From NCBI GenBank assembly GCA_032718475.1, contig JAUCBJ010003262.1, positions 1 to 54,160 on the forward strand: DNA of 54,160 nucleotides, read 5' to 3'. This document shows positions 13,513-25,529 of this stretch, piece by piece. The position numbers and the translations under genes are program-made. Numbering within the stretch: the first letter of the stretch is position 1; each line of letters begins with the position of its first letter. This stretch comes from Nemertoderma westbladi. Lineage: Eukaryota > Animalia > Xenacoelomorpha. The notes below the pieces were generated by a model. The model did no database searches. It saw only the letters and a list, made by a program, of their open reading frames with translations, and had not been told where the DNA came from.

Positions 13513-14285
13513 TTAAGAATGCTGTGCCGGCTTGTCAACAAAATTGCACCGCCACAACTCCCTATCACCCATGACATTTGCTAGATCATCCGCATCTTTA
13601 AGGCCAGTGTCCTTTAAGATGCGTCTCAAGAAAGTCATGGGCTGTCCACCATGCTTATTCACTCCATGTGGCTGCCAAAGTACAAGATTAACCACTGGCT
13701 GGTCCTCACGGCGAAAGCAATGTCCTGCAAAGCGGAGGCGATTTTGTTCTAGTGTCAAGCTTGGGGGAACCAATGAGACACCTCCAATGTTATATAGTGT
13801 CTGGTTGGAGATGTGTGCATTGTACTTGACACAATGTACCCGGCGTAGCATTCTTGTGAATGTGCCATCCAGAGATTTGGTGTCCTCAGCAGTTAGAGCC
13901 CAGCATGGACTCCCGTAGAGGAGTACTGGAACTACTGCTGCTCTAAATAATCGGACCTTAAGTTTCCGATTAATTCTAGGTGACTTCCAAATCCTGGAAA
14001 GCCTATTCAAGGCTGCCCATAGGAGCCCATCTGGAGTTAATAAAAAGACCAACACTAGAAGCAGCATGTTCTAATGAGCTGAGGAGCCGTTGGGCTCCCT
14101 CTAATGATTCTGAGAGTACTCCTAAGTCATCAGCAAAGTCTAGATCAGTTAGGTACTTGGCAGGATTTCCTCGACTTCTGGAGCCAGTAGGTGGAGTTAT
14201 CATCACCCCATCATGATTATGATGATCTAAGGACATGCGTAGAACATAGTCAACCAGAATAATGAACAAGAATGGTGCAAGTGTT
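13513..14285 (-). mobile_element. Truncated RTE-like LINE fragment (RT C-terminal half and tail) with internal deletion
   Basis: DLDFADDLGVL, VGLFIN, KVRLFRAAVVPVLLYGSPCWALT, LDGTFTRMLRR, RLRFAGHC; same family as 33685-34620. Confidence 0.85.
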
Positions 14286-17259
14286 TCAAGCTATTCAGCT
14301 GACGGGGTAATACATTACAAACTACTGTAACAGCTGATGTTTGCTTATTGTATGGGATAGAGTCTGAGAGTAAACACAACATTACTAAACTTGGCAAGTA
14401 ATATACTGTACTTCTCTGCAGTTTGGGCCTATCCATTCAATAGCATGCATTACTAGGCCCTCACTATCATGAGTTCATGATGATCACCAGGTGGTGTAAC
14501 TTTAAGTCTATGGCTAATTTCGTGTTATGGGGCTATTTTCCGAAATAAAAAAAATGAAAATTTAATCATTTGTTTCGAACATTTTTTCCACATCCTGGGG
14601 ATGAGCTGCATCAATCAGCGTCTTGAAAAACATTCTAGGGCAAGAAAACAAAGCCACACTATTTTAGTTATTAAAATTACACAAATTTTGAAATTTGGTC
14701 CTGGGACTACTTCTATTTTTCGTGAAAATTATGATAACCAGCTTACGAAAATTAATTTTTTATGATTTGGAAGTGTTCATCGATAATTTTTTCACCCACA
14801 GCCCAAATTTTGTAGGATTTCATTGGACGATTACTAAAATACAATGCGGGGCCGAATCGGTCCCAATTCAATTAATTCAATTATGTTAAATTGATTGCCT
14901 TAAATATAGCAAATTACTGCACATTATAACAGGCAACACCACTTCATTTAGTTATACAGTAGTAAAATATTGACAATGGGGATCGAGTGTTACGGTGGGA
15001 ATAGGTAAGGAAACGGTAAGCTAGCTAATAGCAAAGCAAGTAGACGCTACAGTAGCTACCGGGAGGTGGGGCGGAAGTGGGGAGTATTTTACGACTGAAA
15101 CAGACAAAAGGAATAAATTCCATTTAGACTCTTTTGACTGAGACCGTATATTTTCAGATTAAGTATTTTAGCACAGAAAACGACAAACATAATATATTTT
15201 CTATATTTTTAAAATTATTTGGATTGTATTTTTTGTACTATTTTTCGAGGCCATACTTTGGATCCTAACGGACCAAAAGCACCGCTCACCCGGTTTCTCT
15301 TTTTCCCTCTTCCCAGCGGTTTTTCTATGGTGTTACTTACGTACAGTACATTATTTATATATCCGAAGAAAGACATTAATAATATCTGCAAAATAGAAAT
15401 GTGTTTTGTGAAATGAAATGTGTTTTTGTAATATCTAGAAAGGGTTGTGGACGTCCGTAAAGTACAAGTCGTTGTAGGACAGTGTTTTATGCAAGCTAGT
15501 TCAAGTCAGTCATCTCGACCGAGAAACCAAAACAGTAAACGAAGTGTTGTAGTACTTGAAATCATTTTGTGATACAAAAAGCCGTTTAGAAGCTTTATCG
15601 TGCTGAAAGCACGAGAAATCCTTTACAATCCCCCCCGCCAGAGCTGCTAATGGTCTAAACACCCAAGTAGTGGTAATGGCGTTAAAGAATCGTCTTTTTT
15701 TGCAATATTTAGGCTCAGTCGGCTTTATTTTTATAATTATTTAGTCATTGCCCTAGGAAGACAAAACCTTAGGTACCGCTATGCCACTGGGTCTTCTGGA
15801 TCCCGATAAGATTAATTGACCTGATTGACTTATTTTATTTCAAATTTCGCTTCCTTAGAGTTTATTATTTCAAATTTTCTTTTCACTTAACTCTCTCTTT
15901 TACAATATGACTTGCAGCTTTCAATTTAATTATAGTACAAAGACTTCAGGTATCACAAACAATAGATTTAAAATGAACGATTTCATTTATTTTTGGTTTA
16001 CACGAACACTACGTACAACACACAGTCCTATGGGTTCTAGTTACTCTGGGTGTTTCCCTATTTTATTTATATAGAGGTGACAGTATCCTTTAATATACTG
16101 TACTGTACTATTTTCCCGGTTAATAAAACAATATTTCATATATTGTTTCTCTTATGTCCCGCTGGGAGAAACTCCAGAATTGTTAGACAATTTCCCACTC
16201 CCTGTCATGTCAGTAATTGTGGGGAGGATAGCTCCAGCATGTGAAGACTTTTCTTATATAAAAATATAGATTGAGAGCCGGTCTGTCTGAGTTAACGGAC
16301 AGGATCGATTACTTCTATTGGTTTCTCTTAGATAGGATTAAAACTGTAGCTACGAACTGTCGGTACCGGTAGCTGTAGCTGCTGACTATAACGTCGTGCG
16401 ATTTTATTCAGTACTGCTGATTTGGGAGTGACATTCGAGTAATCTTAATTAATTAATTTACTGTATTTTATGTATTTGAATTTGAGAATTTTAATTTCAC
16501 AATAATGACATAGACATTGAAATTACTGATCAAAACAAAATAAACTCGATATTTCAACCATTTCCTCTTATTTTTACAAAAAACAGACCCCGCCACTCGA
16601 TTCAGGGCACCTTGTTACCCCTTATTCATTTGTTTCTAGCTGAATAATTTTTTCACGCACCAACCCTATTCTTTAATTAATCAGTAATCCCACACAATTA
16701 CACCATAGCCAACGATCTGCTTACTGTATGAACAACAATTTTTATTGAATGATTAATTCAAACATTTTGAAGTAAAATTAAAGTATTTCTGATATTAATA
16801 TGAAAACAATAAAATAGGAAATGGGGTCTTATTCCCTCAGATACTACCTAGCATTTAGGGCCACTTGGGCCACTGTTAGTACTCAGGCACTAAGGCCTAT
16901 TAAAAAATGAAATACCAAATCGATTGTAGTTCTCCCAACCCAACTACCATAAGGAAAACTGCACCAAACAATACAGTAACTATAGGTACCAGTAAGTAAT
17001 GCACGAATAGGCTATCCCATAAATTAAGAAAAATATAGGACATTTTGTCCGCCGAAAGGTAAGTCTAAGTAATAAATTTTATAAAAATAAAAGGGTTTCG
17101 GAGATTTAAATTCATATTAATATCACAATCCCTCTAAAGTCGTGATTTTCTAACATCATATAATAATTCTGATATGGTAGACTGATTTCTGTTTGAGAAC
17201 AACCTTAGCCAACTTACGCTTAATTAACACTGTAGAGTAAACACTAAACACTAAAGCTC

Positions 17260-17490
17260 ACTTGAGACTGGTTGAGGGAATTAAGTCAAAGAATCTCCTG
17301 GCTGTCCTGACTTTTGTGGACTTCAAGAAACCATCCGACTCAATCCATAGAGGTAAAATGCTGGAAATCCTAAGAGCTTATGGAATACCAGATGTACTGT
17401 AATTGTTGCTGGCATTGGATTATTATATTGTGACACAGAAGCTCAGATACTCTCACCAGATGGTGAAACTGAGTTCTTCTCAATCATGGC
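17260..17490 (+). mobile_element. Degenerate RTE-like RT fragment
   Basis: Manual translation NLLAVLTFVDFKKPSDSIHRGKMLEILRAYGIPD resembles the LINE RT motif F.DF.KAFDS..R. Confidence 0.75.
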
Positions 17491-18132
17491 ACTCGTACTG
17501 GTTGACCCTACAGAAAATTATAAATTTATTAATACGGGTAGCATCATGGAGGTTTGAAGTAGTAGTGGTGGAAATTTTTCCATTCTCGTTGAAAATCGAA
17601 CCTAAATAAACATATGAAATATTATGAAATATAATTTTCTGCTACTACTAGTACTAATAGCTCTGTCAGTCTGACCTCCATTATTAACAACAACAAAATT
17701 TTGTTTGTTGACATTTGAGCACCATTCCAAACTAACGACAATAATCTACTAAAATGGACGATTTTCCTTCAAAGGCTATCCTAAAAATCGAAAATATAAT
17801 GGTGTCATCCAAAAGCACATAACTTGTAACAATTAAACTCCAAGGAAACAATCACTACTATATGCTGAAAAATATGAAAAAAATATGCACCAAAAAATTC
17901 ATAAAGGATTAACCCGAGACAGCGAAAAATGGTTGTGCAACAGAGAATATTACAGCTGATGGTTTTCTAGAACTGGATGAAATATAAGCCATTACAATAA
18001 ATTGTTGACCTGAAATAAATGTTTCAGATTCCGCTATAATTTGAAATGTCGTGATTTTGTGATAATTCATCGCCTTACAGTAAACTTAAAGGATAAGCTT
18101 CTCTAACGATCTGTGATGATAGAGTTCTAACT

Positions 18133-18416
18133 GGTTCCACCTTGGTGTAGTGGTTGCATTGATTTCACATCTCCTGAAGGTCGTGGGTTCGATCCTCACA
18201 TGGGTCAGGGCAGCATTCGTTTCGGCACGAATGCTTTAAAGGGACCAACCAGGGCGCATCTCTGCCTTGCATCATTTATAAGTGGTAGCTAAATGAGTAC
18301 TGGAGTTTCCTCTGGGGAGTAAAGTTCTGGGGGGACCGCACTGGAAATAAGTCGTCAGACTTTGTGCGTAATCCCTGGCCTAGTGGCCGAAGAAAATTTA
18401 CTTTTACTTTTTTACT
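18133..18416 (+). mobile_element. tRNA-derived SINE, apparently full length
   Basis: A box TGGTGTAGTGG 18143-18153, B box GGTTCGATCC 18186-18195, central TAAATGAGTAC motif, (TTTAC)n tail, possible TSD CTAACT. Confidence 0.8.
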
Positions 18417-18939
18417 AACTAATGTAGATCCGGGAACTGATGGTCGTGTCGTGTTCGTAGATTTTCTGTTCCAACCAGAAAATAAGAATATGATAGTCCG
18501 GTAATTAAATTATTTCTAATAGCTACAAAGGAGTAACTTTATGATGATTGTAATACGTCGAGAAAACCTGGAAGCACGTATTAAAGTTTAATTTTGAAAT
18601 TCATAAGAAATACTTTGAATCTGAAAGTAATTTAGAAACTGTTGATTTAGTACTTAAATACATTTTTATTTGATTGTATATGGAACTGTTCTGTACTGTA
18701 GGTCTGATCTCTGGGAGGACTGTTGGGTTTAAGTATTAATTTAGTGATTTTGAATAGAACGCCAGCCTAACGAAAATCATAAATGTATACTCGCAGTAGG
18801 CCTGTACTAATGCCACATTGCAGAGTACCATATATGCCTATCTCGTGAATATGAATATAGCGTACTTGTGTCCCATGCAGTCTGGTTATGTCGTGAGAAA
18901 ATTTACTACAAAACAAAGCAAACCAAAAAGCAAACAGTC

Positions 18940-19030
18940 GGCCGAGGCCGGAGGCGACCCGAAGGCTCCTCTTTCGATAGCTGCTCCTGCTACCCGAGGG
19001 TAGGGGTGGGCGCTACTCCTATCCCAAGAT
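18940..19030 (-). mobile_element. Possible SINE 3' fragment
   Basis: GGCGACCCGAAGGCTCC...GGGCGCTACTCC resembles, from memory only, an invertebrate SINE body; no search run. Confidence 0.35.
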
Positions 19031-19489
19031 TTCGTAACTACAAAACTGATATATGCTATGCAGGCTTATAAAATTTTTGGAAAAACTTACGAATTTTTAA
19101 AGTAATGTTAGATTTTTTATTGTAATTTTGAGTTTGGTACAATACAGCAACGTCAATCAGCTACCATATAACAAAAGTAAATCAGGATGTGTTAAAATAA
19201 ACTATGCATTATGAAATCCGTTCACAAAAAAACAGTATCAATATTCTTTAGATAAGTATTTGATAATCTGTTGGGTGGATGGATACACTTCTATCGATCA
19301 ACTTTAATGGATTTAATCATTTGCTTTGATCAGGGGGCTTTAACGAAGAATAATTTAAAATCATTACATCACCATAACTATATTCACTGATTTATACCAA
19401 AGTTTAGAAGCATCGGTTATTATGATAATATAGATAAACACAAAGCAGAGCTGCAGAAAATTGCATAACTATATTAAATAATAACTATT

Positions 19490-19626
19490 TACATACTTGT
19501 GTGTAAAGTAGCACTTTACAGTGTGATGGTCCGAGTGGCTTTGTTACAGGAACGAACGTTAGTGAGTGTGTGAAAATAAAGCCACGAGGATCAGAACACT
19601 GTAAAGTACTTTGCAACAAGTATGTA
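19490..19626. repeat. Imperfect palindrome / foldback MITE
   Basis: Arms TACATACTTGT..ACTTTACAGTGT..GTGGCTTT and AAAGCCAC..ACACTGTAAAGT..ACAAGTATGTA. Confidence 0.75.
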
Positions 19627-19974
19627 TGTAGTTTTATTCCAAAATTTTAACATGACGAAATTATTGTACATATACATTATAAGTGATAGAAACTAGACAA
19701 ATTATATTAGTTGCTGTATGAATAAATGTAAAAATGACATAAATTATGTTATAAATAAGTTAGCTTATATTTATGGTGGCGTTTGGAGCCATGTTATAAT
19801 AATATACTGTAGCTAGGCCCAACTGGTTACTAATAGCTATACCCCGCCTACCGGTAGGTAATGCAGTAGGCCTATCTGGCTGTCAGGCAAATTTCCACCT
19901 ATTGTTTACGTGGTACCCAATGACAGCGTTAAGTAATGTCCCATTAGTAGACATTACTTAATGCCGACATGCAC

Positions 19975-20482
19975 GGATCGGAATTGTTAGGGTTGGAATT
20001 GCATGGGTCGGAATTGTCCGGGTCGCAATTGTCCGGGTCGCAATTGTCCGGGTCGCAATTGTTCGGGTTGGAATTGTCCGGGTCGGAATAGTCCAGGTCG
20101 AATTGTCAAGGTCGGAATTGTCCGGGTCGGAATTGTCCGGGTCAGAATTGTCCGGGTCAGAATTGTCCGGGTCGGAATTGCATGGGTCGGAATTGTCCCG
20201 GTCGCAATTGTCCGGGTCGCTATTGTCCGGGTCGGAATTGTCCTGGTCGAATTGTTCAGGTCGGACTTGTCCGGATCGGAATTGTTAGGGTTGGAATTGC
20301 ATGGGTCGGAATTGTCCGGGTCGCAATTGTCCGGGTCGGAATAGTCCAGGTCGAATTGTCCAGGTCGGAATTGTCCGAATCGGAATTGTCCGGGTTGGAA
20401 TTGTCCGGGTCGGAATTGTCCGGGTTGGAATTGTCCGGGTCGGAATTGTCCGGGGCGAATTACCCGGGTTGGAATTGTCCGT
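19975..20482. repeat. Minisatellite, 15-bp unit (GGAATTGTCCGGGTC), ~33 copies with higher-order duplication
   Basis: Unit read directly; variant block GGATCGGAATTGTTAGGGTTGGAATTGCATGGG recurs ~298 bp apart. Confidence 0.95.
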
Positions 20483-20809
20483 ACACCAAACTATTTGTGT
20501 TTTAAACCTATTGATTTGTAGAAACATTGGGGGGGGGGGTGTCATTTATTTCCGACACTATATTCCACTACATGGTATATTGACGTGTAAAATAAAGGAA
20601 ATTTGTTGCCACTTAACGATCTAAAAATATACAATTAACCATCTACACTTCTTCTGCATAAATATTCATGTTTTCTGGATTAGCAATAATCTATTATTAA
20701 TGATAAATATTAAGAACTATAATGTAGAAATATATTATTTATCTATTTCATACTATTATCTATTAGAAATTTTTTAGTTCTTGGCTCAAAAATTAAAATT
20801 TTAATATAT

Positions 20810-21264
20810 AAGGGTTTTCGACGAGGTCGCTGATCACGATAAAACTTGTTAAAAAATTTATTTGGCAAGGCTACCATCATATTTGGTGCTATTTTTGTCC
20901 CCGAGGAAGAAAAACACGCGGAAAATTATGTTTAACTAAAATAATTTGTGTTTCATAATTCTGAACATATACGGGTTTACAAGGTCGCTGATCACGATGA
21001 CACTAGTTATAAATATTTCTGGTAATGCAAACCTAATTTCGGTCTATTCTGGAGCCCCAGAACGAAAAGTACAAGTAGCACACAATTGTAAACTGTTAAA
21101 TTTTGCCATTGGTTTGGTAATTCTGAAGATATACTGGTTTTCCAGGTCGCTGATCACGATACAACACGTTAAAAATCAAACTATGATCTTTGGTGCTTTT
21201 CTGGTGGGAAGAAAAATACAAGTAGCAAAGAATTTCAAATGGCAAACATCGAATTTGGTTGGAC
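20810..21264 (+). repeat. Degenerate ~160-bp-period repeat (AGGTCGCTGATCACGAT) interrupted by element 1
   Basis: Motif at ~20823, ~20981 and ~21143; inverted related motif at ~33188 just beyond the element; another at ~35640. Confidence 0.6.
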
Positions 21265-21269
21265 AATAC

Positions 21270-22513
21270 TGTTCGCGCTTTCAGACCTTTGGCAGTTTAA
21301 CCCGCCAAATTATGATGTCTTCTAGATAATAAATCACTTTTAGCCTATGACAAGTATTTAATTCACTACACTAGTCGAAACCAATCTGTGCGCGATCATT
21401 CACCCGCTGGATATACCCGGGAGATTGGGTTCGACGGCTTAATCTTATTGCTATGTAAGCCTAATGTATTATTCGACTGACAGTATTATATAATCTCTGA
21501 CAATATTATTCACCTTCGGGGAATATTAACAGTTCCTTTAGGACGTGGCGCTCTATCTATATAAACAGAGTTATGACTTAAACTACTCACAACGATATGG
21601 CTTAGTTACAATTCACATATATGGCGCATTCTTTAGGAAATGCTTCGTTATCAGTCTCACTCATACACAATGCTGCACAATACTGCACACTGATCTGCCG
21701 ATCTTCACTGATTTTAGTCACATATAAAAGGAACACGGACCGAATCATGTAGGGTCTATCAAATAACATTAGATTCACTTCAAACCACTCAACATAGGTC
21801 GCAATCATTTATCTGTAACCTTTCTCTCTTACCTTCGGTATATCAAGAATATTGGGTTTTCGGGGTTATTTGTCGTTATTCCAAATATAATAATTCATCA
21901 ACCATATTATGAAGAACTGACAGTAAATAGCAATATAACAATATAAAAGTATGCACAGTGTTACACAGTATGCAGTGTATGCAGTACTGCAGTATGCAGA
22001 TAACGGATATATGTCCTTATAATTAAGCCTACTAGTGTAGGGCTAAAGCAGAAAAGCACAAAATACTCCAAAGCCGTTCTTCCTGGCTTAGAATCACCAA
22101 CAACACTGAAAAGAATAACTATAAGAATACCAGCTACCCTTATTCCACGAAGCTCCCGTCCAACACAGAGAAAGAGCAGTGAGATAGGAAAATTCAGTTC
22201 AGTAGCTCTGTGATAGGTCAAAATCAAAGCCAACTCAAATCCTATTGGCAGATACAGAAAGCAGGGCTATGGGGCAACGTGGCAATATCAGCCGTTAGCC
22301 GTCGTCATGGTAGCGACACTGTTTTCAAGAGTATCGAGCTTTTACGTCACGGAATTACGGATTATGTCCTCTAAAGTACAAATACAGAAGAAATAGCTTT
22401 TATGTCCGCTAAAACACCAGTACAGCAAGGACACGGCCTTTTTATGCCTGGTAAACCAACCACAGAGTACTTTACGGGGATAATAACCGGCTAATTACGC
22501 AAAAGCTTTTACA
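21270..22513 (-). repeat. Element 1 3' LTR
   Basis: Matches 31919-33162; two substitutions noticed (21537/32186, 21691/32340). Confidence 0.97.
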
Positions 22514-22527
22514 CTGCTCCGAGAAAA
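22514..22527 (-). promoter_or_regulatory. Element 1 PPT position (sense TTTTCTCGGAGCAG)
   Basis: Abuts the 3' LTR; similar to the same position in element 2. Confidence 0.55.
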
Positions 22528-22591
22528 TGGGATTTAAGTCTATAAAATATAACAAATCACAGTTTCTAAAATATAAAGATACTCTAAACAG

Positions 22592-24138
22592 TTAGTCTTT
22601 CTTACGCAGACGGCGTTTACGCAGTTTTTTGAGGCTAGCAAGAGTCTTTTTCTCTTTGGGGGGAGCCACTTTACTAGGAGGGCCATAACTCCTGGGTGAA
22701 GGGTGCAATATGATTGCATCAGAAGGTGTAGGATTGTGGTCGAGGTATCTGCCGTTTCGATATGCTTCTCCTCGAGCTGATTTTCCTCCGCTCATAGCTG
22801 GATACGTTCATCCAAAAACTCTCGCAGAGAATAGGATCGTCCAAGTTCGATAACTTCTTAGAGATTCTGGATTTCCCAATCGAATTGAGATAAGGCCAAT
22901 TCGTTTATCGATTGGACTTACTGTTATAAATTACGTTTATCTGAACAAACGCAGGTTTCCCTTTTGATCTTTATAGAATAGCGTTTAACTCGTTTCGTAC
23001 AACGCTCTCCTTCACCTTGATGAGGGGTTGTATCGCGTTAAACGTGGACGACCATACGGTTGGATAGTGATATTAGGTGTCCGCGTCACAATCCGGCTAG
23101 GTAAGATGGGAGGCTAGCTAGAAATCACTGTCGGAGTGTTACCGATTAATTGTTAGGGTAACACTAGATCTTTGAACAGTGAATACAGTCCGCGAGGATC
23201 CGCGACACCACCAGGATCGCAGGTCTGAGGTCCAACTAAGGAATGAGGAGGTTTGACCGAGTATTCCGGGACTCTGATCGTAGGTTTACTCCAGGATCGT
23301 TCGAGCCGAGTGAGCATAGGTGATACGTCAACAAGTTTCGGTTTACGTGGATGTTTATGTCTTTCCGTTTATTAGTTGGGTCTAGGGCATTTATCGTAAT
23401 AATACCAAAGACGCACGTCTGGTAGGGTAAACGCGGGTGATATTTATTTGTTGTTACAATGCTTCTATCAAGAATTCCAAATATACGTTGGAGTTACCGC
23501 GTTTATTTGTTTCTTTAGTGTCTTTTCTTTCGAGTCGATTTCGAATAGAATTTTCGCATTCGAATTTCAGTTTATGGTTCCGACTCCGCTGGGCAGGATA
23601 TATAGTCGACATAGTCCGTATTATGTAAATCGATAGGATGACCAGTAGTTAAGAAGCCCATATACGTACCATTACGCTGCGTATATCGAGCAGCGAATTT
23701 TCTATAGTCCAACTCACGCGTGAGCTGCTCTTGGGACATTGGCGGTTCGATATAACGACCATCGTCCTCCGCAGCAGTTGGACTAACGTCGCCGCGTATT
23801 AAGCTATCAACAAACGCTTGTAAAAGTAGAGTATATCGCTCCCCGATACCAAGACCATCTTCTATCAACTCCGTCATATCTGCTATATATGAGTTTATCC
23901 ATATTATAATGAGTTTATATTTAGGCGAGCGGGCGTCGCTGCCTACCCCAATCAACCCCCGGACAGTACGAGATCCTCAGCGCCGATGTGTCGTCGCCGC
24001 TGTACTTTCGCCAACGACGTAGCCGCACAACGACAACGACAACCGGCACAAGTCACTCAACTGTCCGTCCCAAAGGCTTAGATGTACTTCAGGTTTTCCT
24101 TGGAGAGTTAGGTTACTTTTACGATTGCGACTAGCTAC
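22592..24138 (-). pseudogene. Probable degraded accessory ORF region in the env position of element 1
   Basis: Less AT-rich than flanks; ORF pieces 23572-23955 and 22592-22795 (ends KKLRKRRLRKKD); possible acceptor TGTTTACAG ending at 24138; broken by stops and frameshifts. Confidence 0.45.
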
Positions 24139-25529
24139 TGTAAACACACCTTAGCAGTAACATTCACCTATAAACTCACAAATACCACACAACTGGTCAC
24201 AACTACGCACATTCGGGCCATTTGTCCGTTAGTCAATGCCTTCCAGAATGTCACTGTATTATTATGTATCCTTGGATACTAGTAGTGCGCTATTTATTCC
24301 CTATGCTATTCAATGGGACAAGCTTTCTATTGTTCGTTTAACTCAATTCTAATTCTAGCGTGGTTGTTGCTATGGTGACATTATGCAAAGCTAGCGGTAG
24401 AATTAGGGTAATTCCAATGCATACAGATCTGGGATGTTATTTAATAGTATTCTTTAATAGTCAATGTTCGGTTTTATACATGACTTTATGAATTTTATCG
24501 GCTATTGACTATGTTTGGGAGACTTTCGCACACTCATAGGCATAATAAGATAAATCTCCGCTCCCTTGATCTATTAATTAATGGAATTTTGGGAATGTTA
24601 TAAATTGCGTAAAAATGGCAATTTATTAAATTCATTAAAAGGCATGAATTTAAATTTATTCCCTGAAATTTTATTATTTGATAATTAAATGGACATATTT
24701 TGATTCTAGAATATGTCTGGGGACACAAGATCCTTAATTCTATGACAATTGTCTTTTTAAGAATATCGGTAAATGCTACGATATCTTAATTGACTAGAAT
24801 TGCTGAAGGATCTGAATTTTACAGATTTTGATTTATTAGATTTGCAAATATTAAATAATTAATATTTGAGATGGGCACCAATTTATTCCAGAACTTGTCT
24901 GGGGACGTTAACCACTGATTCTAAAATTTGTCTTTCAAGTATATCGGTGGGTGCCGCGATATCTTAATCGACTAGAATTACAGATGGTCAAAGGGTTTAA
25001 CAGATTTATTTTGCGTTATACGCTACTGTTAAAGGGACATCACGCTACTATATGTATTATTTAATATACGGTATGAGAGCAATATCGCACGAAGCAATGT
25101 CAGTGTGAAGAGGCAAGTCGTTTCCAAGGTCTACCCAGAGCTTGGTTTAGCCGAGACACGAGGATCTGAACTTTGCATTCCTAATACTCTGCCTACCAAT
25201 AATACTTAAATATAGTAGTGGCTTTATTGTACTTTAATAAGTACGGACATTTCATCTTACTGTAGTCACGTATTTATAATATGATACGGACAGTAAGGAA
25301 AGAGGAAAAGAATTATTTCTTGCCGTCGCATTAAATATAATATATACGTAATTAAGTAATAAACGCGAATATATATTGCACTAATCTACTAAATAATCGC
25401 TAAAATAACATTCTACTGAATAAAATTAAAGAAAACGATTATAATAAAATTACATAGTAATACATACAGAAATATAAAAATAATAAAATAATATAAAATA
25501 ATAGAGTCACACACCCACTCCATATGTTG

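Noticed and set aside
20003-20624. GRNCP / SELSG repeat ORFs
   Set aside because: Translations of the 15-bp minisatellite, open in several frames
21545-22233. Small ORFs repeated in both LTR pairs
   Set aside because: Short, mostly non-ATG starts; duplicated only because the LTRs are
23998-24010. GAAAGTACAGCG (ESTA) shared by the accessory regions of both elements
   Set aside because: Isolated 12-mer with no convincing surrounding alignment
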